From an uncultured Gemmatimonadales bacterium (GTDB taxonomy: Bacteria; Gemmatimonadota; Gemmatimonadetes; Longimicrobiales; RSA9): DNA of 64,000 bases. The notes below the pieces were generated by a model that saw nothing but the letters and a program-made list of their open reading frames with translations, ran no database searches and was not told the DNA's origin. The position numbers were made by a program, and so were the translations under genes. The stretch spans positions 1 to 64,000 of the forward strand of contig CAWAMW010000007.1 of assembly GCA_963783305.1 (NCBI GenBank), written 5' to 3'. Of this stretch, positions 27,401 through 36,520 are shown in pieces; position 1 is the first letter of the stretch; every line of letters starts with the position of its first letter.

Positions 27401-29094
27401 TGTCGGAGCCGGAGAAGGAGCGGATCCGGGCGGTGCTGGTGGGCACGACGTTCCTGCAGCAGTCCATGCTGCTGGCGCACCACGGCGAGAAGGTGGAGCT
27501 GGAGGAGATCGGGCCGGGCGGGATCTGGGTTTCGCGCATCGCCTTCCACCAGGGCTCCTCGCGCTATCGGCTCAGCATCAACACGCTGGGCAGCAAGCAC
27601 TTCGACCTCCAGATCGTGCTGCCGGACGACCCGGAGGCGGAGCCCGTCCTGCCCACCGTGTTCTGGTACATCGCGCTGCGCGGGCACCCATACGGCCAAC
27701 CGGTGCTCCCGCCCTTCGGCTGCTTCCGTCCGGAGCTCGGCGCCTATTCCCTGGGGTATGTCAGCGATCTGACGGTGTGGCAGAGGATCCGGGAGCACGG
27801 CGGTGCCCGCGACTCGGGGACCCGCGCGTCCACCGCCACCGCGTGGCGCCGCCTCCTCACCACCGCCATGGCCACGGTGCTGCGCGCCTGGGTGGCCAGC
27901 GGGCGCCGGATCGTGCCGGGGATCGTGAGCCCAACCAACGTGGCGGTCCCCGACACCGATTTCCGCGAGGACGCGCTTCTGCTCAACCTCGTGGAATGGC
28001 GGCCGTACCAGCGGCCGATCTCCCTCGTCCGGCCGCTGGTCAAGAACTTTTTCCGACAGACCGTGGCGCACTACCCGCGCGTCCGGGAAGAGCTGCGTCT
28101 CACGTGGATCTTCGATGCGGCCCGCGAGGCACTCGGCCCCGACGAGGCACGCCTCTTCCTCCACCAGCTCCGGGACGACCTGGACACCGACGGGCTCCCC
28201 GAGGCCGGCCCGGGCTTCGCCGACCTCCTGGACCAGCACCTGTCCGACCTCGACGAGCGCTACCTCCCGCCGCTGGCCGTGGATGGGGCCCTCGAGCGCT
28301 ACGCCGACTGGCGCCGCGCGGGGCAGGGCGCAACGGCGTCCGCGCGCCTGGAGATCATCGACGAGCTGCTCCGGCTCTACCAGATCGAACGCTTCGGGGA
28401 GGTCGCGCGCTACCACTTCTTCCGGCACAGCTACTTCGCCGAGGCCGACGACGCCGTGCTGCAGCTCCTCGACCGCGTGATCGCCGCGCTCCACCTCGAT
28501 CCCGACCGGCGCGCCAGCGAGCTGGTGGAGCTTTCCGACCTCCAGGCGCTGCTCGTGGACGATGCCGACCGCGCCGCGTTCCAGCGCCTCGCCTTCCCCC
28601 GGTTCCGCCGGATCGAGGAGGTCGAGGTGGCGACGGTGGGCGACCGCGACCGCCACCACGTCATCGTCCGGTCCCACATCACCGATCGACGGGGCGTGAC
28701 GTACGCGGTTCACGACCCCACGGCGCCCGCCGAGGTGGCCGAGGTCTACCGCATGTTCTTCCGTAGCGGCTACCCGAAGACCGTCAGCGAGCGCGATCGG
28801 TTCCTCGTCATCAGCAACGACCGGGAGCAGGTGATCGGCGGCGTCTGCTACCAGCTCGTCGGCGGCGGGGCCGTCTACATGGACGGGATCGTCGTCACGC
28901 GCGCGCTCCACGACCGTGGCATCACCACCGCCGTACTGGAGGACTTCGCCACCCGGATGGCGGAGGCCGGCTACCGTCTGATCCGCACCCACTTCTTCCT
29001 GCCCGCGTTCTACCAGAAGCGCGGGTTCCGGGTGGACCGTCGCTGGGGCGGCCTCGTCCGCTTCCTGGATCCCGCGGACGAACCCCACCCGTGA
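24403..29094 (+). CDS. Multidomain protein: long-chain acyl-CoA-ligase-like AMP-binding domain, helical and kinase-like middle, C-terminal GNAT
   Basis: LFTSGSTGRPKG, GFGMTE, TGD, DRVKD; GNAT motifs GIVV..LHDRGIT and FYQKRGF; start is 24403 or 24418. Confidence 0.88.
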   Translation: MSSGAMVEGLAALGAAMDAVGDSASGPIPESAARSLLKEAEALLSEGPPTTDQRELWWAFLDLTGRPAYLRALPDDLHRRRWNDAVARVIEGTRFTLGDLFEQRVREVPDRMLLQHAGDAHVPGWSYQRAARQIRSVAAALLGPAPGADSPAGAADSPTAAGRPRVVIFAENAMATAAADLACLFHDIFVAPLSVHTDSDTLAWIVERLAVDTVVTDSEDRLLKALRVRDRTGRPTRIYVTDPELADPARSVLALEAEAAGLAEREIDARLGARPRFGIRDVCTVLFTSGSTGRPKGVAFTQQNLVSKRFARAAALPDVGEDEVFLCYLPLFHTFGRYLELLGAIYWRGTYTFAGNPSAETLFRQLPEVRPTGLISIPLRWAQVHQRCLDAVGAASSPARQREVFAEITGGRLRWGLSAAGYLEPRVFRFFHRHGVQLASGFGMTEGTGGLTMTPPGDYLDDSVGVPLPGTRVRFGESGELEISGSYIARYLPEDDAPGDLTVDSPESDDHWLATGDLFREIQRGHLQIVDRVKDIYKNNKGQTIAPRKVEAAFVGVPGIRRTFLVGDGRAYNTLLIVPDPEDRVLQGLSTDEEREYFQRLVIQANLDLAPYERVVGFARLDRDFSADGGELTPKGSYHRKRIEETFRETIDGLYRRAAQELRIGDLTVIIPRWFHRDLGLLEDSIQVDEGGLVDTGRGRRLAVAPGGAPGRWRVGDLEYALEGEGEGATLDLGAFVRQPLLWVGNPELVAFGPCKVGWDTRKVAREQVRLPDRVPGAGRPPTGGVAPAELHDLDFLCQRALYGADADAMEAVDELRRLLDGAGHRVGGLIRRRLEALSNHPSEALRCRAYEVLVLDDPVPDYSRFLPAFVESGRSFLCPESIRAIAAVVEPRRLHALRRRMHSYRLQLEWPADEGRRRVFDDLFRLLADFARFQPDFYGTVREELVAWVLHDGDPELARLAERHFHALADWFEAELRDRSPRHLDPAAWEGRIEFQEGLSEPEKERIRAVLVGTTFLQQSMLLAHHGEKVELEEIGPGGIWVSRIAFHQGSSRYRLSINTLGSKHFDLQIVLPDDPEAEPVLPTVFWYIALRGHPYGQPVLPPFGCFRPELGAYSLGYVSDLTVWQRIREHGGARDSGTRASTATAWRRLLTTAMATVLRAWVASGRRIVPGIVSPTNVAVPDTDFREDALLLNLVEWRPYQRPISLVRPLVKNFFRQTVAHYPRVREELRLTWIFDAAREALGPDEARLFLHQLRDDLDTDGLPEAGPGFADLLDQHLSDLDERYLPPLAVDGALERYADWRRAGQGATASARLEIIDELLRLYQIERFGEVARYHFFRHSYFAEADDAVLQLLDRVIAALHLDPDRRASELVELSDLQALLVDDADRAAFQRLAFPRFRRIEEVEVATVGDRDRHHVIVRSHITDRRGVTYAVHDPTAPAEVAEVYRMFFRSGYPKTVSERDRFLVISNDREQVIGGVCYQLVGGGAVYMDGIVVTRALHDRGITTAVLEDFATRMAEAGYRLIRTHFFLPAFYQKRGFRVDRRWGGLVRFLDPADEPHP

Positions 29095-29133
29095 TCGCGC
29101 TGCTCCTCCAGGACCTGGGCCCGCCCGGGAGGG

Positions 29134-32100
29134 TCAGCGCGGGAGCAGCGTCCCTCCCGGGATGGGCGGTGCGCCGGCGGCCTGCAGCTCCGCCTCGAGC
29201 CGGGCGAGGTCGTTCTCGACCAGGGCCCGGAGGTCCGAGGTGAGCGCCCGGATCTCCGCCTCGGCCAGCTCGACCTGACGCCGCTGCGTGGCCGTCGGCA
29301 TCTGCCGCGTGTCCCACTGGCTCATGGCCTCCCAGACCCGCCCGGCGATCGACGGTGAATCGGACTCATCCAGCCGTCCACGGGCGGGGTCGCCGTAGAG
29401 CCGCTGGCTCAGCTCCGCCACGGCGGCGCTCAGCGCGTCGATCCGGCCGTGGATCGTCGGCTCGGCGCGCGGCGTGGCGGACAGCGTGGCGCGGGCGTGA
29501 CGCAGGTACATCCGCACCCGGTCCAGCTCCGCGCCCGCCGCGGCGACCTCCCGCCGAAGCTCCGCCGTCCTCGCCTGCGCTGCGGCCACGGCGGCGAAGT
29601 CCGGGGAGCCCGGGACGTTCGTCACGGGCTTCAGCTCGAACGACCGCGGCTCTCCGATCGCGCGCGCGCCGGTCGAGGACACGACCATCAGTGTGGCGGT
29701 GTAGCGGCCGGGTGCGGCCAGCGGCCCCCGGGGCTCGCTGGCCCACGGCGGGCGGAACCCGCCCGTGTCCAGCTCCACCGGCTCCGGGCTCGGGTGACGC
29801 ATGTCCCAGCTGACGCGGTGGAGCCCGGCGCCCGTGGGACCCTCCACGGTCCGGACGGGCCGGCCGGAGTCATCCGCGATGACGATCAGAGCCCGTGGCC
29901 CGCTCTCCAGCGCCTCCTCCCGCAGGCGGTCGAGGCCGGGGAAGGGGACGTCCTGGCCCTGCTGTCGGAGCGATTGCTCGGTCGTTCGGCGGTCTTCGCG
30001 GGCGGTGGTGAGCGCGTCCGACAGCCAGTAGGTGAGGAGCGCACCCTCGGGCGGGTTCGGCGCTGTGAAATCGTCGCTCCCGTACGTGGGTCGACCCGGC
30101 GCCTGTGCGACCTGCTGAGGCACGTACCACCACGCGTCCCGCACCGGGAACAGGGTGCCCGCCCCGTCCAGCGCGCCCGCGGCGATGGCGCGGAGGGGCG
30201 AGTAGTCGTCGAGGATGTAGAAGCCGCGGCCGAAGGTGGCGCCCACCAGGTCGTCGTCGCGCCGCTGGAGCTTCACGTCCCGGAAGGAGATGGCGGGCAC
30301 GTCGCCCGACAGCTCGTGCCAGCGGCGGCCGCCATCGGCGGTCCAGAAGAGCCCCTGCTCCGTGCCCGCGAAGAGGAGCTCGGGGCGGACATGGTCCTGC
30401 TCGATGGCCCACACGAGGGCGCCCTCGGGAAGGTCGCCGGCGATGGACCGCCAGCTGCGGCCCAGGTCGGTGCTCACGTACAGGTACGGCGTGAAGTCGC
30501 CCGCCTTGTGGTTGTCGGCGGCCACGAAGAGGGTGCGCGCGTCGTAGAGCGAGGCCTCGACGTCGTTGATGAACGAGAGATCCGGCAGACCGGGCAGCTT
30601 GCCGGCCTGCGACCAGCTCGCGCCGCCGTTCTCCGTGACCTGGACCAGACCGTCGTCGGTCCCCACCGCGAGGACCCCCGGCGCCACGGGCGACTCGGAG
30701 ATGGCGGTGGTGGTGGCGTACTTGGACATGGCCCCGTTGTCGTGGAGCGCATCCACGCTCCAGACGCGGCCCATGTAGCGGCGCTCGTACCGGTTGAGCC
30801 CCCGGGTCAGGTCGCCGCTGATCGGCGTCCAGCTGTCGCCCCGGTCGTCGCTCCGCCACACGCGCTGCGAGCCGTAGTAGATGCGGTCGCTGTCGTGCGG
30901 ACTCACCAGCAGCGGCGAGTCCCAGTTCCAGCGCTCCGGCGGGTCCCCGGCGGCGGGCATGGGCCGGATGCTCACCGCCTCCTCGTTCCGCCGGTCCTTC
31001 CGGAAGAGCGTCCCCTCCTGGTACATGAGGTACAGGATGTCCGGGTCGCTGGGATCGAACGCCACGCCGTAGCCGTCGGCGCCCAGCGGCACGTACCAGT
31101 CCTGGTTCCGGATGCCATCGGTGTTGAGCGTACGCGATGGGCCGTGGAGCGTGCCCAGGTCCTGCGCGCCGCCCAGGAGGTCGTAGAACGGTTCCCGGCT
31201 GTTCAGCGCGACCTTGTAGAGCTGTGCGATGGGCAGGTTCGGGAAGTGGCGCCACCGCGCGCCCTCGTCGAAGCTCTCGTAGAGCCCGCCATCGGAGCCG
31301 GCGAGGAGGTGGCGGCCGTCGTCGGGATCGATCCAGAACGCGTGGTTGTCGCTGTGCTTGTCGTGCCCGGTCTCCAGGTAGCTGAAGCTCTTCCCGCCAT
31401 CGCGCGTGACCTGGAGGAACACGTCCATCTGGTAGACGACGTCGCCGTGGACCGGGGACGCCTCGATCTCCTGGTAGTAGTGGGGGCCCGTGCCGCCGGA
31501 GACGTACGAGCTCCGCTTCTCCCAGCTCTCGCCCCGATCGGTGGAGCGGTAGAAGCCGCGCTCCTCGGCGTTCGCCTCGATCGTGGCATAGACCAGCGAC
31601 GGGTCGGCGGGTGTCACCGCCAGCCCGATCTTCCCCATGTCGCCGCCGGGCAGCCCGCGCGTCACCTCGCGCCAGGTCGCGCCGTTGTCGGTGGACTTCC
31701 AGATCCCCGAGCTCGGTCCGCCGGCCAGGAAGCCCCACACGTGGCGGCGTCGCTGGTAGGCGGCGGCGTAGACGACGTCGGGATCCGAGGGATCGAACTC
31801 GAGGTCCGTGGCGCCGGTGTCCTCATCGATCGCCAGCACGCGCGACCACGTGGCGCCGCCGTCCGTCGTGCGGTACACGCCCCGGTCCCCGCCAGCCGAC
31901 CAGAGCGGCCCCTCGGCGGCCACCAGGACCACGTCGCCGTCACGCGGGTCGATCAGGATCCGACCGATGTGCTCGGAGTCGGTGAGCCCCACGCGCTCCC
32001 AGCTGCCGCCCCCGTCCCGGCTCCGGTAGACCCCGTCGCCCCAGCCCACGTGCCGGCCGCTCACATTCTCGCCCGTGCCCACCCACACCACCTCCGGGTT

Positions 32101-32427
32101 CGTCGGGTCGATGGCCACCACGCCGATGGAGTACGACGGCTGCTGGTCGAAGACGGGGTCGAACGTGACGCCGGCGTTCGTCGTCTTCCACAGGCCGCCC
32201 GACCCGACGGCCACGTACCACGTGCTCGGGTCGGTGGGGTGCACGGCCACGTCCGCGATCCGCCCGCCCATGGCCGCCGGGCCAATGCCGCGGAGCTGGA
32301 GCGCGGCCGCCGCCGTGGCCTCGGGCGAGACCTCCTGGGCGGCGGCCGGGGCCGGGATCGTGAGCGTGAAGAGCGCCGTGATGGCGCACGCGAGGGCAGT
32401 GAAAGTCAGGCGCGACCGAGCGGACAT
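29134..32427 (-). CDS. Secreted VPS10/BNR (Asp-box) beta-propeller protein, glycosyl-hydrolase-like
   Basis: Signal peptide (AAA-Q); IGPAAMGGRI; many SxDxGxTW Asp-boxes; GAGGA RBS before ATG32427. Confidence 0.9.
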   Translation of the reverse strand: MSARSRLTFTALACAITALFTLTIPAPAAAQEVSPEATAAAALQLRGIGPAAMGGRIADVAVHPTDPSTWYVAVGSGGLWKTTNAGVTFDPVFDQQPSYSIGVVAIDPTNPEVVWVGTGENVSGRHVGWGDGVYRSRDGGGSWERVGLTDSEHIGRILIDPRDGDVVLVAAEGPLWSAGGDRGVYRTTDGGATWSRVLAIDEDTGATDLEFDPSDPDVVYAAAYQRRRHVWGFLAGGPSSGIWKSTDNGATWREVTRGLPGGDMGKIGLAVTPADPSLVYATIEANAEERGFYRSTDRGESWEKRSSYVSGGTGPHYYQEIEASPVHGDVVYQMDVFLQVTRDGGKSFSYLETGHDKHSDNHAFWIDPDDGRHLLAGSDGGLYESFDEGARWRHFPNLPIAQLYKVALNSREPFYDLLGGAQDLGTLHGPSRTLNTDGIRNQDWYVPLGADGYGVAFDPSDPDILYLMYQEGTLFRKDRRNEEAVSIRPMPAAGDPPERWNWDSPLLVSPHDSDRIYYGSQRVWRSDDRGDSWTPISGDLTRGLNRYERRYMGRVWSVDALHDNGAMSKYATTTAISESPVAPGVLAVGTDDGLVQVTENGGASWSQAGKLPGLPDLSFINDVEASLYDARTLFVAADNHKAGDFTPYLYVSTDLGRSWRSIAGDLPEGALVWAIEQDHVRPELLFAGTEQGLFWTADGGRRWHELSGDVPAISFRDVKLQRRDDDLVGATFGRGFYILDDYSPLRAIAAGALDGAGTLFPVRDAWWYVPQQVAQAPGRPTYGSDDFTAPNPPEGALLTYWLSDALTTAREDRRTTEQSLRQQGQDVPFPGLDRLREEALESGPRALIVIADDSGRPVRTVEGPTGAGLHRVSWDMRHPSPEPVELDTGGFRPPWASEPRGPLAAPGRYTATLMVVSSTGARAIGEPRSFELKPVTNVPGSPDFAAVAAAQARTAELRREVAAAGAELDRVRMYLRHARATLSATPRAEPTIHGRIDALSAAVAELSQRLYGDPARGRLDESDSPSIAGRVWEAMSQWDTRQMPTATQRRQVELAEAEIRALTSDLRALVENDLARLEAELQAAGAPPIPGGTLLPR

Positions 32428-32631
32428 GGCGTCATCCTCGAGTGGAATCCGTGCGTGGAGCACGGCCAAGATGGGGGGCGGGGGCCGTGATGGCGAGTGG
32501 GGATCGGCGGCCAGAGGCGTATCAGCGCCAGGCCGCATCAGGACTCCGGTCGAAACCGCCTCTGGCGGTGTGCCGTACGGCGGCCGAGACTTGAGCTGGA
32601 GTCTGAATCGGATCCGAATCGCGCTACTGCC

Positions 32632-33711
32632 ATGAATAGAACCCCGTGCGTCCTCATCCTCGTCGTTCTCCTGAGCCTGGCGGCGATACCTGCCCCGGCA
32701 CAACAGGCAACGGCTGCATCGCGGCTCGCCCTCGAGCCGGACCAGGCCCGGGCCACGCTGGCGATCCTGGCCGCGCGCGCCGCCGGCCAACCTGTCCCCG
32801 ACTCGCTCTGGACCCGACTCCACGCGACCGAAGGCTACCGGCGGGTCATGGAGCGGGAGCGGGGGATGGACGCGCGGTTCGGACTGGATCGCGGGATCGA
32901 CGATGCGTCCTTCCGCGAGTGGGCGAAGTCCGATGCCGCGCTCGACGGGCTGGAGGACCGCGGTGCGGCCCTCACCGCCTGGGAGGCCGTGGACCCGGGA
33001 CGCGCTGCGGTCCGCGCCCTCGCCTACCTCCCACCGGGAACGCGGCTGCACGGGACCATCTACCCGATCGTCCGGGAGCAGACCAACAGCTTCATCTGGG
33101 ACCTGGGGACCGATAATCCGGCCATCTTCATGTACGTCGAGCCGGGCAAAGGCGCCGCGGAGCTCGAGCACATCCTCGCCCACGAACTCCATCACATCGG
33201 CTCGGCCGTCGCGTGCGCCGATTCACCGACTCCACAGGCCGGTGAGGGCCCTGCCTCCGCGGCCGCCAGGCGCTGGCTCGGGGGCTTCGGGGAGGGGGTG
33301 GCGGTGCTGGCCGCTGCGGGCGGGCCGGATGGCGATTCGCACCCCTACGACCCGCCGGAGATACGCGCCGCGTGGGCGGCCCGCCTCGACAGTGTGGATC
33401 ACGACATGGCCGAGATCGAGGACTTCTTTACGGGCCTTCTGGATGGCCGCCTCTCCGGCGACGAGGCCGGCCGCAGCGGCATGACGTTCCTCAACCGACC
33501 CGGGTCGCCGCAGGGGCCCTTCTATACGGTGGGCTGGCACATGGCCGCCGCGGTGGAGCGGGAGCGGGGACGGGATGCGGTGATCGCCGCCGTATGCGAC
33601 CCGGCCCGACTACTCCTGGATTACCAGGAGGCCGCCAGCCAGGGCGAGCTGCCGACGTGGTCGGACGCGTTCATCGAGCGGATCCGGCTCCTCGGCAGCG
33701 GCCCGAACTGA
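32632..33711 (+). CDS. Secreted putative Zn-dependent protease (DUF5700-like)
   Basis: Signal peptide; AHELHH followed by EGVA; QGPFYTVG. Confidence 0.75.
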   Translation: MNRTPCVLILVVLLSLAAIPAPAQQATAASRLALEPDQARATLAILAARAAGQPVPDSLWTRLHATEGYRRVMERERGMDARFGLDRGIDDASFREWAKSDAALDGLEDRGAALTAWEAVDPGRAAVRALAYLPPGTRLHGTIYPIVREQTNSFIWDLGTDNPAIFMYVEPGKGAAELEHILAHELHHIGSAVACADSPTPQAGEGPASAAARRWLGGFGEGVAVLAAAGGPDGDSHPYDPPEIRAAWAARLDSVDHDMAEIEDFFTGLLDGRLSGDEAGRSGMTFLNRPGSPQGPFYTVGWHMAAAVERERGRDAVIAAVCDPARLLLDYQEAASQGELPTWSDAFIERIRLLGSGPN

Positions 33712-33879
33712 ACGCGCCTCTGAGGGGTCCGACATGCTCGGGCCCGGGGGAAACCGCAGGAATCGTCTGATCCCGTACAGCGGACGGCGTGAACGCCCGG
33801 CGTTTGCGCGCCGCCGCGCTCGGCGTGAAATTGGTCCCTGCCCCTCCCACCACCTGACACGCCCTACCGGGAGTCCCCG

Positions 33880-35835
33880 ATGAGAGGTCCTGTCCGCTGC
33901 CGCAGGCTCGCCGCCGCGGCGCTCGTCTTCGCCGCCACCCTCACCGCCGGTTCGGCGTCGGGGCAGGGGGCAGACAGCGCCCTCGTCGCCCGCCGCCACG
34001 CCCTCGAGGCGGAGCTCCAGTCCATCGCGGTGGTGGAGCGGAAGCTCATGATCCCCATGCGCGATGGCGTGCGCCTGGCCACGGACGTCTACCGGCCCCG
34101 GAACGCCGCCGGGCCGGTGCCGACCGTCTTCGTCCGCACGCCCTACAACTTCAACTACTGGGACGTGCGGAACGGCGCGCCCCGGGACATGGGCGCGGCG
34201 CTGGACGCGGTACGGCGCGGCTACGCGTACGTGGCCCAGAACGAGCGCGGTCACTTCTTCTCCGAGGGGAGCTGGGACATCCTCGGTCCGCCCACCACGG
34301 ATGGCGACGACGCGCTGACCTGGATCGCGGCGCAGCCGTGGTCCAACGGCAAGGTCGGGCTCACCGGGTGCTCGTCCACCGCGGAGTGGCAGATGGCCGT
34401 GGCGTCCCGCGGCCACCCCGCCCTCGCGGCGCTGAACCCCCAGGGATTCGGCGCCGGTGTGGGCCGGGTCGGCGGCTGGTACGAGCAGGGGAACTGGTAC
34501 CGCGGCGGCGCGGTGCAGATGCTGTTCATCGCCTGGCTCTACGGCGAGCAGAACCAGGTGCGCCCAATGTTCCCCGCGAACACCTCGCGCGAGGAGCTGC
34601 TGCGGGTCTCGAAGTCGTTCGACCTGGCGCAGCGGCTCCCGCCCGTGGACTGGTCCCACGCCCTCGCGCACCTGCCCGTCCAGGACATCCTGGCCGCCGT
34701 GGACGGCCCCCGCGGCATCTTTGCCGACTCCATGCCCGTCGCCACCGGCGGCCGCATGATCCAGCGCACGCCGAACGACCCGGCGTGGTACCGGGGCGGC
34801 CTCTACCACGACGACATGCCATTCGACGTGCCCGCGCTCTGGATGATGTCCTGGTACGACGTGTCGGTGGGCCCCAACCTGGCCATGTTCGAGCACGCGC
34901 GATCCGTAGCGTCGCCGGACGTGGCCGAAGGGCAGTACGCGGTGATCGCCCCCACCCTCCACTGCGGCTACCGCCGCGCCACCGAGGAGACGGTGGTGGG
35001 GGAGCGCAGCATGGGCGACGCACGGCTCGACTACGAGGCGCTCCTCTGGGGATGGTTCGACCTCCTGCTGAAGGGCGAGCATAACGCCGTCATGGACACG
35101 CTCCCGAGGGTCCAGTACTTCACCATGGGCGCCAACCGCTGGCAGAGCTCCGACACCTGGCCGCCAGAGGGCGCCGAGCCCAGGACCCTCCACCTCGTCA
35201 GCTCCGGCCGAGCCGGGACCTCCATGGACGACGGACAACTCGTCGCCGACCCGCCCGCCCGCGACCGCCCGGACCGCTTCACCTACGACCCCATGAGCCC
35301 CGTCCCCTCCCACGGCGGGAACGTCTGCTGCACCGGGAACGCCGTGCGGGGCGGCGCGCTGGACCAGAGCGAGATGGAGGAGCGGCCCGACATCCTGGTC
35401 TACAGCACCGATCCGCTGTCGGAAGGCGTGGAGGTGAGCGGCCCGGTGGAGGTGGTGCTCTACGTCTCGTCCGACGCGCGGGACACCGACTTCACCGTGA
35501 AGCTCATCGACGTCCACCCCGATGGGCGGGCGTACAACCTGGACGAGACCATCCAGAGAATGCGCTATCGGGAGGGGTACGACCGGGTCGTGTGGATGGA
35601 GGACAACCAGGTCTACCGGGTCACGCTGGGCCCGCTGAACACCAGCAACTGGTTCGCGCCCGGACACCGCATCCGCATCGAGGTCTCCAGCAGCAACTTC
35701 CCGCGCTTCGATCGAAACCTGAACACCGGCGGGAACAACTACGATGAGACCGAAGGCACCGCGGCGAGGAACGCCGTTCACCATTCGGAGCGGTACCCCT
35801 CGGCCGTGACGCTGACGGTGGTGCCCGGCGGCTGA
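33880..35835 (+). CDS. CocE/NonD family hydrolase (S15)
   Basis: [46 protein letters not shown]. Confidence 0.92.
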   Translation: MRGPVRCRRLAAAALVFAATLTAGSASGQGADSALVARRHALEAELQSIAVVERKLMIPMRDGVRLATDVYRPRNAAGPVPTVFVRTPYNFNYWDVRNGAPRDMGAALDAVRRGYAYVAQNERGHFFSEGSWDILGPPTTDGDDALTWIAAQPWSNGKVGLTGCSSTAEWQMAVASRGHPALAALNPQGFGAGVGRVGGWYEQGNWYRGGAVQMLFIAWLYGEQNQVRPMFPANTSREELLRVSKSFDLAQRLPPVDWSHALAHLPVQDILAAVDGPRGIFADSMPVATGGRMIQRTPNDPAWYRGGLYHDDMPFDVPALWMMSWYDVSVGPNLAMFEHARSVASPDVAEGQYAVIAPTLHCGYRRATEETVVGERSMGDARLDYEALLWGWFDLLLKGEHNAVMDTLPRVQYFTMGANRWQSSDTWPPEGAEPRTLHLVSSGRAGTSMDDGQLVADPPARDRPDRFTYDPMSPVPSHGGNVCCTGNAVRGGALDQSEMEERPDILVYSTDPLSEGVEVSGPVEVVLYVSSDARDTDFTVKLIDVHPDGRAYNLDETIQRMRYREGYDRVVWMEDNQVYRVTLGPLNTSNWFAPGHRIRIEVSSSNFPRFDRNLNTGGNNYDETEGTAARNAVHHSERYPSAVTLTVVPGG

Positions 35836-35927
35836 CGGCACCAATGGTGTTCCAGGATTCCGTGCCGTAGCCCTCGTGGGGGCGCCGTTCGTGTTCACGA
35901 CCCCCTTTTCCGATCCGGAGGACACCA

Positions 35928-36371
35928 ATGAACGCGCGATCGGCCAGGGCCACCTCAGGACTGGCAGCCGCACCGCTGGCTCTGATGATCGCTGGATGCG
36001 CCGGCGGGAACGACGTTTCCTCGACGCCGGACAGCTGGCTGGTGCATGAGGTCACGGTGGTCATGGATGGGACGCAGTTCAGCATAACGTCCGAGCTCCG
36101 GAACACGGGCGATGCCCCGGTGGAGCTCGAGGCTCGGGCCTGCTTCCTCCAATCCTCGGACCTGCGGGGCGAGACCGGAGGGGTCGAGATCTACGAACCC
36201 CTGATTCAGTGCGCGGCGGACACCATGATGCTGACGCTCGCGCCCGGCGAGTCGAGCGAGCCCTTGGTGATGGAGGGTCGGGTGGTTTCCGGCGGCAGCC
36301 AGGCCGTGGAGCTGCGCCACGCTCTGGATCCTGAAATCTGGTCCCCACTGAGCCTGGGTGGAGACGGATAA
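35928..36371 (+). CDS. Lipoprotein with probable Ig-like domain
   Basis: GGAGGA RBS; lipobox IAG-C; LRNTGDAPV and LAPGES motifs. Confidence 0.75.
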   Translation: MNARSARATSGLAAAPLALMIAGCAGGNDVSSTPDSWLVHEVTVVMDGTQFSITSELRNTGDAPVELEARACFLQSSDLRGETGGVEIYEPLIQCAADTMMLTLAPGESSEPLVMEGRVVSGGSQAVELRHALDPEIWSPLSLGGDG

Positions 36372-36520
36372 CCAGGGTCGGCGCCCTGATTCGTGCGCCC
36401 CCGGTGCGCGCGGATTGGAGACATGGTACGCCCGTCGGCGACGACAACGCTGCTCCATCCTCCACCGTTGTGATAGGTTCCGGAACAGCCCCGCCTCAGC
36501 ACCCAAATGCCATGGTTGAT

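Noticed and set aside
25474..29088. 1204-aa antisense ORF
   Set aside because: Codon-mirror shadow of the ligase-GNAT gene
29449..32490. 1013-aa antisense ORF
   Set aside because: Shadow of the beta-propeller gene
32428..33195. N-terminal extension of the 1353-aa ORF
   Set aside because: Overlaps the divergent protease gene; signal peptide and RBS place the start at 32427
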